Part shown: in pieces, positions 49,691 through 58,066 of the stretch
How positions within the stretch are numbered: the first letter of the stretch is position 1
Layout of the letters: each line of letters starts with the position of its first letter
NCBI GenBank assembly: GCA_020852855.1
Contig: JADZAA010000019.1
Span: 1 to 60,801, forward strand
Length of the DNA stretch: 60,801 nucleotides
Source: Bacteroidota bacterium
GTDB lineage: Bacteria; Bacteroidota; Ignavibacteria; Kapaibacteriales; UBA961
Direction: 5' to 3'
The notes under the pieces: generated by a model
Databases searched by the model: none
The model's input: the letters and a program-made list of their open reading frames with translations, nothing else
What the model was told of the DNA's origin: nothing
Translations under genes and position numbers: made by a program

Positions 49691-49718
49691 AGCGGGCATA
49701 TCGGGCGATATGCCCGCT
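49691..49718 (+). terminator. Perfect 12-bp hairpin after the CRTAC1-family gene (no U-tract)
   Basis: AGCGGGCATATC gggc GATATGCCCGCT, 30 nt after the stop. Confidence 0.55.
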
Positions 49719-50157
49719 GTCGTTCGCAACTTCTTGTCTATATCGCTTCGTGCGCGGTTTATTGCCTATGTATTGTCAGACCGAGAAAACGATATCCGGA
49801 AAATGTATGTACAATTCTTGATATATTGCCGATAATGTCTGCGGTCCGGGAGCATATACAAAGATATGGTATGAAAGCATTATCGTTTTCAAAGAGCGTT
49901 AAAATTGTATAAATTCACCCTTATTTATTGCTGTTGCAATTCATGGTCAGCAGATTTTACTGCCATTTTTCCATTGTTTTACGGCTAAATTATCGGCAAA
50001 GTGTATTTTTGCCGCAAATTAACATTTAATACACGCGTCTATTTGGCGAATATCAATCAATCGGCCGAAACTCGCGGCCGTTTACAAATAATTTTTACCG
50101 GACAAGCGCGAAAACGCAAATGTCTTATTTCTTTCACCTTATACTAAGGTATACATT

Positions 50158-52080
50158 ATGAAGCGTACTTTACGAATCGCACTTGCATTGGCGGCAATGG
50201 GGTCAATACCGCTTGCAACGCAGGCGCAGGCCGACCTGAGCGCAATGCGAGTAAGAGCAGACCGCAACGCGCTTGTTGCCAATAAAATAATCGAGCGCGA
50301 AACGAAAGCCCGGGCAGAAATCCCGTCGAAAAATTCAAAGTCGGAAAAAGCGCAAGCCGGCACTCGAAAAACTCTGGAAAATTTGCGCAATGCCTATTCA
50401 TATTACGCCGAAAATTCGCCGTATGTATATGACCAAGGTACAAATGCATATTTCCGCGTGCAACGCGGCCCCGATGCCGAAACATTGGGCAATCTCTATT
50501 TAATAACTTCAACGGATAGAGGCGCAACATGGTCTGCACCAAATAAATATTACGATGCCTCGAAAGAAGGCCAGGCGCGCTATCCTTCGGTCAGAGTGCT
50601 GAATAAGGATAAGTCAAGTGATTTGTCAAACTTAACGTATGTATTCTATGCACCTGTTCTGCGCCCGAAAGGTTCAAGCGATGTTTCGTTCGACGGTTGC
50701 GTGCTCGGCTTTAAAGAAGGTAATGGAGAGGCCGATATGTTTTTCTTTGATAAGCCGGAAGAAGATAATACGGATAAACAGAGATGGGGAACAACTACCG
50801 GTTGGATAGATGACCAGTCCAAGCCGATTTCTTATATGGTACAGACCTTGTTAAGCCAAGGCCCCGGCGGCGTAAGCTACGGTCAGTACGGTCAATACGG
50901 CTTTCTTGCAGTCAGTCCTGATGTATTGGAGTCGCGCGTTCCGAAGGCTTGGGGGCTTAACGTATTTCGTCCATCAACCGAGCCCAATAGGTCTTTTAAT
51001 GACCGTCCTAATATCGGAGTAGACGAGGAAGGAACTCTTTACACTCTTATATGCAATATGTTCGCCGATGATGTAGAAACCCGCGTTCCGGCAGTTTCCA
51101 AATCTATGGACGGCGGCAAAACATGGCAGGACTTTATGCGTATGCCGGCAACAGTTCTTTCTGATTATCTTAATTCCAACAATGCTGTTTCCGGAGGTAT
51201 AGCAGCATACGGAACACAAGGATTTCAAGTACTTGGCAAAGACAATTTCAGTTATGTTTTCAAAGTTACAATGACTACCGCTACGCCGGATACGCTGAAT
51301 CAAATCGTTGAGGCGTATTACGCCAACGGGGCGTGGGGTATGCGCAAAGTGGCGGATTATTCGGGCTTTGTTCCGTCGCTTATCAGCGAAAGCTCTGTTC
51401 CGGGGGTTGATACAACATCGGGCAGCCAATTAGACAATGAAATACAATATGTTCGGACGGCTGACGGCAATCTCTTGGTGAAGTATTTGGATTTTGCCGC
51501 TCATGATTTTGCAGGGACATCTTCCGTTGCCATTTCCGACATATTTGTCGCAGCGCGGAAAGTTGACGGCAACTCTTGGAGTGCGCCGCTAAATGTAACT
51601 AACGACGCATTTTTCGATAAACTCTCGTGGATACCGTCTTCGCTCCCCGATTTGAACGAAATCCCTATGATAGAAATTCGTACAATCACGTCGCTCGACG
51701 AGAATACGGCAGAATATATGCAAATACAACGCCGTATAGATGTTCCGCAGGAAATAGTTCAGTTTAATTTCTCGGTTACTACGGTAGGAGTTAATGAAGA
51801 GCAAAATGCGGCACAATCGAATATTTCGCTTCTCGAAGCATATCCCAACCCGACCTCAAACTCTACGGAACTTCCTTTTTCCGTAAGCAGGGCGATGGAT
51901 ACGCGAATTGACCTTTTCAACTCGTTCGGTGAAAAAATAGCCACTTTACAGAACGGACTGACATCTCCCGGCTTCCACGCAGTAGTTTTGAATACTGAAA
52001 ATCTCGTTTCGGGTACATACTATTATACTCTTTCAGCCGGTACGACAAAAATAACCAAAGCTCTTTCGGTTGTGAAATAA
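50158..52080 (+). CDS. Secreted BNR/Asp-box (sialidase-fold-like) protein with a T9SS C-terminal sorting domain
   Basis: It has a signal peptide and the Asp-boxes STDRGATW and SMDGGKTW. The C-terminus reads AYPNPTSNSTELPF...IDLFNSFGEKI...GTYYYTLSAGTTKITKALSVVK. Confidence 0.8.
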   Translation: MKRTLRIALALAAMGSIPLATQAQADLSAMRVRADRNALVANKIIERETKARAEIPSKNSKSEKAQAGTRKTLENLRNAYSYYAENSPYVYDQGTNAYFRVQRGPDAETLGNLYLITSTDRGATWSAPNKYYDASKEGQARYPSVRVLNKDKSSDLSNLTYVFYAPVLRPKGSSDVSFDGCVLGFKEGNGEADMFFFDKPEEDNTDKQRWGTTTGWIDDQSKPISYMVQTLLSQGPGGVSYGQYGQYGFLAVSPDVLESRVPKAWGLNVFRPSTEPNRSFNDRPNIGVDEEGTLYTLICNMFADDVETRVPAVSKSMDGGKTWQDFMRMPATVLSDYLNSNNAVSGGIAAYGTQGFQVLGKDNFSYVFKVTMTTATPDTLNQIVEAYYANGAWGMRKVADYSGFVPSLISESSVPGVDTTSGSQLDNEIQYVRTADGNLLVKYLDFAAHDFAGTSSVAISDIFVAARKVDGNSWSAPLNVTNDAFFDKLSWIPSSLPDLNEIPMIEIRTITSLDENTAEYMQIQRRIDVPQEIVQFNFSVTTVGVNEEQNAAQSNISLLEAYPNPTSNSTELPFSVSRAMDTRIDLFNSFGEKIATLQNGLTSPGFHAVVLNTENLVSGTYYYTLSAGTTKITKALSVVK

Positions 52081-52103
52081 ACAGCCTTTTGAACATGAAT
52101 AAT

Positions 52104-52140
52104 AAACCGCGCCGGTTGTTCGACGCGGTTTTTTTTTATT
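52104..52140 (+). terminator. Rho-independent terminator
   Basis: AAACCGCG / CGCGGTTT stem followed by a T-run (TTTTTTTATTTTT). Confidence 0.75.
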
Positions 52141-52275
52141 TTTGCAAGAAAGTCCGATAAAATCGTATCTTCGTAAAAATAAGTGCGCTTTTACAGTCAA
52201 AGCCAAGAAAATAATCCGGCAAATATTTCAATATCGTCAATAAGTACCGTTTTTCATTTCCAATAAGGTGTTGCT

Positions 52276-54297
52276 ATGAGCGATAGTAAGCAAATTATTC
52301 TTTCGGCATTGGCCGCTCTGCTGATAGGCGGCGGCGTTTTGTCGGCACAGCAAAAGTCCGAATTTAATCCAATTCCAAAAGCCGTTGTGTCGGAGGGTAA
52401 ATCGGCCAATAAGGCGTTACCTATAAAACTACCGGCCGGCACTCCTCAATACATCGGTAAGAGCGAGATAAACGACCCACTCGTTTTACCGCCATATATT
52501 CAAAGCGGTTATGCGAAGTCGTCGCATGTTGTTGCCGATGTTCCTTCGGGCGGAAAGGTTGGGAATACGTATTACGACCTTCAGACTAACGGTTGCGTGC
52601 AAGAGCGTGTGGCATATTATACCGATGGTTCGGATAAATATACGCAAGTGTTATGGCTTGCAGCAACCGACCAAAACCGCTCGGAAGTGCATCCGACGCG
52701 CGGTTCATATTTGGGAATTATCGGTGTAAGCAATCCTGCCGAGCCTACCGACAATCAAATCGGCTGGAAACGTATGGAAGGGAAAGATCGCCGTGGCGGT
52801 TTCCCGTCTTTGTTTCAATTTACTGACGGCAGCGTAGGTTGCGTGTCGCATATTATCGGAACTTCGACATCACGCTCGCAATTATTATTTTCCAAAAACT
52901 CGGACTTCGGAAGCGAAACATACTCAAGCGACTTGATACCCGGAACAATAGACGGTTTATGGGCGCACACTACAGCGAACGAGCAAGGCGATATTCACGC
53001 AATTTATTCGTTCGACACAACGGCGGCAGAATATCAAGACAATAATATCGCTTATATTCGCTCGACCGACCAAGGTAAAACTTGGGCAACGCCCGTTATG
53101 CTGTCGGGTTCTAATGCGGTGTTGGCAAACAGCCCGCGCGGGAACGGCGGCGACGCTTATGCAATTGCTGCACGAAATAATACGGTAGCAGTTGCCTACG
53201 TCGACTCTATTTACCGCTTGGTACTGTATAAATCAACCGATAACGGCGAAACCTGGAAAGCAGGCGTAATTTTCGGACCCGATGTCAAGCATAATCTTGA
53301 GGGTACGGACGCGGATACGGTTGTAGAGGAATTATCGGGCGGCATTGTACGCTATAAAACTGCAATGTGGCGTGCGCCGGGCGTATCGTTTGATTTAATT
53401 ATAGATTCCAAAGAAAATGTACATATAGTAGGTACGGTTTTCCCGTTCTTTCTGCAGGGAACAGCCCGCATAGAAGGAAATACAATTGTTCCCGTCAATG
53501 ATACAAGTTATATGTCGCTTGCCGTTTATTATCCTTATGGCCTGTATCATTATGACGAAGAAAACAATAAACTGAATATTCTGGGCGAGGTTGGCGGCGA
53601 CGAAGGTTGGGATGCAAACGGCACTGTTTATACACGCAGATTCGGTCAGGGAATGTCGCGCTATCCGCAACTCGGGATAGACGATGAAGACCGTATCTAT
53701 TGCGCCTATAACTCGGTTCGGTCAAACGATAAAATGCAGATATCGGGAATGCAGGGCGAAGGTCTTTTCGGACATATATTTGCGACGTATTACGACCCGA
53801 CATTGAATGGCTGGGCAAGAGGAAAAAATATCACGCCCGACGGTTTTGACTGCTTATTCCCGTCCGTATGCAATTACGTAGCCGACCAAATGTATATCGC
53901 TTATCAGGCGGATAAAACGCCGGGCATTTCTATAAGCGACCAAAATAATACGTTGCCGGTCGAAAATAACGACGTGTATCTTTATCCGTTTCCGGTGAAA
54001 AATCTGAATACTCCCGTAGGAGTCGGTGAAAACGCTACAGCTACGCTTGATGCCGTAATTCAACCTAATCCTGCCGTAGGTTATGCTGCGGCTTATGTGC
54101 AGGCAGCAAGCAATATGAATGTAACACTTACGTTGCATAATGCACTCGGAATGAAATTAATTGAAGAAACACGTGCTGTTTCTGCCGGTAACAATACTGT
54201 GATTCTGAACATTGAAAACCTTGTTTCCGGCGCGTATTATTTCACGGTTAATGCCGGTACAGAAAAGATAACCAAGGCTCTTGGAGTGGCTCGCTAA
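52276..54297 (+). CDS. Secreted BNR/Asp-box protein with a T9SS C-terminal sorting domain; paralog of 50158-52080
   Basis: It has a signal peptide and the Asp-boxes STDQGKTW and STDNGETW. The C-terminus reads IQPNPAVGYAAAYV...LTLHNALGMKL...GAYYFTVNAGTEKITKALGVAR. Confidence 0.8.
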   Translation: MSDSKQIILSALAALLIGGGVLSAQQKSEFNPIPKAVVSEGKSANKALPIKLPAGTPQYIGKSEINDPLVLPPYIQSGYAKSSHVVADVPSGGKVGNTYYDLQTNGCVQERVAYYTDGSDKYTQVLWLAATDQNRSEVHPTRGSYLGIIGVSNPAEPTDNQIGWKRMEGKDRRGGFPSLFQFTDGSVGCVSHIIGTSTSRSQLLFSKNSDFGSETYSSDLIPGTIDGLWAHTTANEQGDIHAIYSFDTTAAEYQDNNIAYIRSTDQGKTWATPVMLSGSNAVLANSPRGNGGDAYAIAARNNTVAVAYVDSIYRLVLYKSTDNGETWKAGVIFGPDVKHNLEGTDADTVVEELSGGIVRYKTAMWRAPGVSFDLIIDSKENVHIVGTVFPFFLQGTARIEGNTIVPVNDTSYMSLAVYYPYGLYHYDEENNKLNILGEVGGDEGWDANGTVYTRRFGQGMSRYPQLGIDDEDRIYCAYNSVRSNDKMQISGMQGEGLFGHIFATYYDPTLNGWARGKNITPDGFDCLFPSVCNYVADQMYIAYQADKTPGISISDQNNTLPVENNDVYLYPFPVKNLNTPVGVGENATATLDAVIQPNPAVGYAAAYVQAASNMNVTLTLHNALGMKLIEETRAVSAGNNTVILNIENLVSGAYYFTVNAGTEKITKALGVAR

Positions 54298-54321
54298 CCT
54301 GCTTATCATAAACTATACTGC

Positions 54322-54359
54322 AAGCCGCGCCGTTCGTCTGGCGCGGCTTTTGTATTTTT
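54322..54359 (+). terminator. Rho-independent terminator
   Basis: AAGCCGCGCC / GGCGCGGCTT is a perfect 10-bp stem with an 8-nt loop, followed by TTGTATTTTT. Confidence 0.8.
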
Positions 54360-54394
54360 GCATAAGATTCGTCTTCGTTTTTGAGATATCTTTA

Positions 54395-55798
54395 ATGTTT
54401 TTTCAGTTTTTTCATGCTGGCTGCACCCCGATTCGCCGTTGTTTTATCGGTGTTATTTGCCTCGCGCTTATATTTGCAGGCGGTTGCGCAGCTCCCGACG
54501 CAGCCACAAAATTGCGCGAAAGGTTGCAGACATTGCCGGAATTTCCTGCCGTAACAACGCGGTCAATTCCGTATCCGATAATTTTATTGCACGGGCTCGG
54601 ACAAAAGGCCGATGTGTGGAATGAAAGCGCGGTGGGATATTACAAGAAAGAACTCGGCTTGCATTTCGGCGGTCAGTTGATAGCACCGAACGAGAAATGT
54701 TCGCTTAAATCGTCGGGCGACGTTATGGGCGATTTTTTTACGGTAAGTTTCGGCAATCCCGCCGATTCCGTAAACGGCTGGGTAAGTCAGCTTGAGCGAT
54801 TTATTCCGATTGTTCTCGAAAAAACAAAAGCCAAAAAAGTTATAATTATCGGTTACAGTATGGGCGGACTGACCGCTCGCACATATTTAACTCGCCATTT
54901 GCAAGACCATAAAACGCAGAGGCTTATCACGATAGGTTCGCCGCATCAAGGCTCGTCTTTCGCCAAGGTATGGAAATGGAAAACAAGCGTAAAATCATTG
55001 ATTGACGGCGATGCGAATATTATTACGAAAACAGCGGTTCAGCCTTTGCTTTCGATAATCGAAGCCGCAGAGCAGGACGTGCCTTTCGATTCGCCGGCCG
55101 TTCGCGATTTAATGCGTCCGCAAGACGGCGGTAAATTTATAGCCGCGCTTAATTATGCCGAGCATCCTCTCGACGTGGAATATATAAGCGTGGTAGGCGC
55201 CGTTGATATGTTGCGCGAAGTGAAATCGCTTAATTCCTCCGCGGCGCAAGAGTTGTTCCGGCGATTGCTGTCGGTTATAGGCTTGGGGCCGGAGGCATTG
55301 TTTGAGGGCGGCGACGGCGTGGTAAGCGCGTCGAGCCAAACCATAAACGAAATTCCATGGTTTAAGCAAAACGCATCGCGCCAAAGAATAAGCCGCACCG
55401 TAACTCTTGGATCCGTCCATACCGAGCATTTGCGCAACAGCAATGAAATACAGAGAATCACATTGGAAGATAAACCGGAGTTCAAGGGTGCGGAATTTTA
55501 CGCCGGATATAAGGGACGGCCGGTTCTGATGATAGAATTTACAGATTATCTGCCGCCGGAATTATGCGAGGTATCTGTGCTGTTTCGCGAGGTATCGGGC
55601 AATAAGCGCGGCATAACATTGCCGCGTGGTTCTGCAAGACTGATTCAAAAGCCTGACGGCTCTACAACAGCCGCCGCTTTTATTGAATTTCCGGCCGATT
55701 TATCGTTTGAGCAGAATATTACGGCAGAATTTACCGTTAAAAATTCTTTTGGAAATATTTTTGCGTCATTAAAACAATGGACGTGGAAACAAGAATAA
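54395..55798 (+). CDS. Alpha/beta-hydrolase lipoprotein (lipase/PGAP1-like) with an uncharacterised C-terminal domain
   Basis: Lipobox IFAGGC, an oxyanion-region LLHGLG and the nucleophile elbow GYSMGG. The last 130 or so residues carry no recognisable motif. The tracked ORF start at 54281 overlaps the previous gene and the terminator. Confidence 0.78.
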   Translation: MFFQFFHAGCTPIRRCFIGVICLALIFAGGCAAPDAATKLRERLQTLPEFPAVTTRSIPYPIILLHGLGQKADVWNESAVGYYKKELGLHFGGQLIAPNEKCSLKSSGDVMGDFFTVSFGNPADSVNGWVSQLERFIPIVLEKTKAKKVIIIGYSMGGLTARTYLTRHLQDHKTQRLITIGSPHQGSSFAKVWKWKTSVKSLIDGDANIITKTAVQPLLSIIEAAEQDVPFDSPAVRDLMRPQDGGKFIAALNYAEHPLDVEYISVVGAVDMLREVKSLNSSAAQELFRRLLSVIGLGPEALFEGGDGVVSASSQTINEIPWFKQNASRQRISRTVTLGSVHTEHLRNSNEIQRITLEDKPEFKGAEFYAGYKGRPVLMIEFTDYLPPELCEVSVLFREVSGNKRGITLPRGSARLIQKPDGSTTAAAFIEFPADLSFEQNITAEFTVKNSFGNIFASLKQWTWKQE

Positions 55799-55837
55799 TT
55801 TTCGACATTTTTTCTCTATTTCTTTCTTCAGGAAGTT

Positions 55838-56851
55838 ATGCCTCCTAAAAAAACTTCAACAGGCGATAAAATCCCCGCATTGACATTCAGCAAACTTATC
55901 GGCAACGCACGGCGGAAAGATCTGTTGCGCTATATGTTTTGCGCCCGTGAATTTGACCTTGCAATGCAACGTCTGAATAGGCAAGGCCGTGCTTTCGGCG
56001 GCGTATACTCGCAGATGGGCAATGAAGCGACTGCGGTAGGCTCGGCTGCGGCAATGGGAACGAACGACGTGCTTTTTCCCATGCACCGCGATATAGGCGG
56101 GCACTTCGTATTTGGTCAAGATGCGAAAACGCTGATGATAAATCAGCTTGCACGCGACGGCAGTATGATGCGCGGCACGGACGGCACGGGGCATTACGCC
56201 GATACCGAAAAACGCATTTACGGCAATGTTTCGCATTTAGGTTCGATGATTCCCGTGGCCGGCGGATTTGCACTTGCGGCTAAAATGCGCGGCGAAAATA
56301 TCGTTGCGATGACGTACATAGGCGACGGCGGTTCGCAAACGGGCGAGTTCCACGAGGGTATTAATTTTGCGGCAGTTCAGAAATTACCGCTTGTGCTGAT
56401 AATCGAAAACAATCAATATGCATATTCATCGCCTAATTCTGTGGAATTTGCCTGCGAAAAATTGTCCGACCGTGCTTTGGGCTACGGTTGCCGCGGTGAA
56501 ACGATAGACGGCACCGATATAGAACTTGTATATGAACGTTGCGCAGTTGCGATAGAGCATGCGCGAAACGGCGGAGGTCCGTCAATTATCGAAACGCGCA
56601 CAATGCGAATGCGTGGGCATGCCGAACACGATGATTTCAGTTATGTGCCGAAAGAAATGCTGGAATATTGGCAACGGCGCGACCCCGTGGAGCGATACGA
56701 GCAGGCACTTATATCAAAAAAAATAATGACAACCGATGAAGTAGTCGAAATGCGGGAAAGCGTTGTAGCCGAAATACGCGCCGCCATTGATTATGCCGTA
56801 GAACTGCCTTTTCCGCCGGCCGAAGAAGGTTTTAAGAATGTATTTGTATAA
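55838..56851 (+). CDS. Thiamine-diphosphate-dependent 2-oxoacid dehydrogenase E1 component, alpha subunit
   Basis: YIGDGGSQTGEFHEGINFAA..LPLVLIIENNQYAYS is the TPP-binding motif region of E1 alpha. Confidence 0.9.
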   Translation: MPPKKTSTGDKIPALTFSKLIGNARRKDLLRYMFCAREFDLAMQRLNRQGRAFGGVYSQMGNEATAVGSAAAMGTNDVLFPMHRDIGGHFVFGQDAKTLMINQLARDGSMMRGTDGTGHYADTEKRIYGNVSHLGSMIPVAGGFALAAKMRGENIVAMTYIGDGGSQTGEFHEGINFAAVQKLPLVLIIENNQYAYSSPNSVEFACEKLSDRALGYGCRGETIDGTDIELVYERCAVAIEHARNGGGPSIIETRTMRMRGHAEHDDFSYVPKEMLEYWQRRDPVERYEQALISKKIMTTDEVVEMRESVVAEIRAAIDYAVELPFPPAEEGFKNVFV

Positions 56852-56884
56852 AACCCGAATTTTACATCAAAAATAGAAGCGATT

Positions 56885-57859
56885 ATGGCTCAAATGACTT
56901 ATCTGGAAGCAATTGCCGACGCTCTGCGATTTGAAATGCGGCGCGATGAGCGCGTGTTTATGCTCGGCGAAGATATTGCGACTTACGGCGGCGCATTTAA
57001 ACTTACCAAAGGCTTTGCCGACGAGTTCGGCCGGCAGCGCGTACTCGATGCTCCCATTTCCGAAGCCGCCATTGTTGGTGCTGCTATCGGTGCAGCACTC
57101 AATGGAATGCGCCCCGTGGCAGAAATGCAGTTTATGGATTTTGTTACTTGCGGCTTCAATCAGCTTGTTACAGTTGCCGGAACAACGGCATATCGCTGGG
57201 GAATAGGATTGCCTATGGTTGTGCGCGGCCCGTCGGGCGGCGGCGTAGGGGCAAATCCGTTCCATTCCCGCAATTCGGAGGCATGGTTCGTTCATGCTAC
57301 AGGTTTGAAAGTGGTTTGCCCGGCATTCCCGTCCGATGCAAAAGGATTGATGCTTGCTTCGATTCGCGATAATAATCCGGTTGTATTTTACGAACATAAA
57401 GGCCTTTATCGCAAAATCAAGGAAGATGTGCCGGAAGGTGATTACGTTGTACCGCTCGGTAAGGCACGAGTGGTGCGCGAAGGACGCGATGCAACCGTTG
57501 TTGCTTATGGAAGTGCCGTTCATTTCGCACTTGATGCTGCACGAGAATTGGAAAAAGAAGGTGCTGAAGTCGAAGTTGTTGATATTCGTTCGCTTGTTCC
57601 TTTCGACGAGGAAACAACGCTTGCGTCTGCGCGTAAAACAAATCGCGTATTGATAGCCCATGAAGCCTCGCTTACGGGCGGTTTCGGCGGTGAAATAGCG
57701 GCGCGTATAGCCGAAAAAGCCTTCGACTTTCTTGATGCCCCGATAATGCGCATAGCAGCCTACGATTCGCCTACGCCGTTCGCACCTACGCTTGAGAAAG
57801 CGGTGTTGCCTAATGCCGAGAAAATAGCCGTTGCTCTGCGTCGTTTGCTTACGTATTAA
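56885..57859 (+). CDS. 2-oxoacid dehydrogenase E1 component, beta subunit
   Basis: MTYLEAI..AL..EM..D..VF.LGEDI..YGGAFK.T.G....FG..RV.D.PI.E is the typical E1-beta/transketolase pyrimidine-binding N-terminus. It starts 33 nt after the alpha subunit gene. Confidence 0.92.
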   Translation: MAQMTYLEAIADALRFEMRRDERVFMLGEDIATYGGAFKLTKGFADEFGRQRVLDAPISEAAIVGAAIGAALNGMRPVAEMQFMDFVTCGFNQLVTVAGTTAYRWGIGLPMVVRGPSGGGVGANPFHSRNSEAWFVHATGLKVVCPAFPSDAKGLMLASIRDNNPVVFYEHKGLYRKIKEDVPEGDYVVPLGKARVVREGRDATVVAYGSAVHFALDAARELEKEGAEVEVVDIRSLVPFDEETTLASARKTNRVLIAHEASLTGGFGGEIAARIAEKAFDFLDAPIMRIAAYDSPTPFAPTLEKAVLPNAEKIAVALRRLLTY

Positions 57860-58066
57860 GTGAATTTGCGCAAAACACGCTTTTTTTTCTTAGACTGAAC
57901 GTATTTCAGGCTGTTTGCAAAACGTCAATTGAAATTTGCCGTTTAATATTCGAGAATACGGCAGGCAGTTTTATTCATTTTAAGTGCGGCTTATTAAACG
58001 CTCGCCGTGTTTTGCCGCCGCCGTAGTTTTTCACTAATTCTGTCATTACAAAAAACGAGAACGAAT

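Noticed and set aside
49682-49912. A 76-aa ORF in the 496-bp gap before the first BNR gene
   Set aside because: It starts inside the terminator hairpin of the upstream gene. It has no ribosome-binding site, and the product is Cys/Arg-rich with no motif. The gap is more likely promoter or leader DNA.
56867-57661. A 264-aa minus-strand ORF opposite the E1-beta gene
   Set aside because: The plus-strand frame has unmistakable E1-beta motifs along its full length. The antisense product has no recognisable features.
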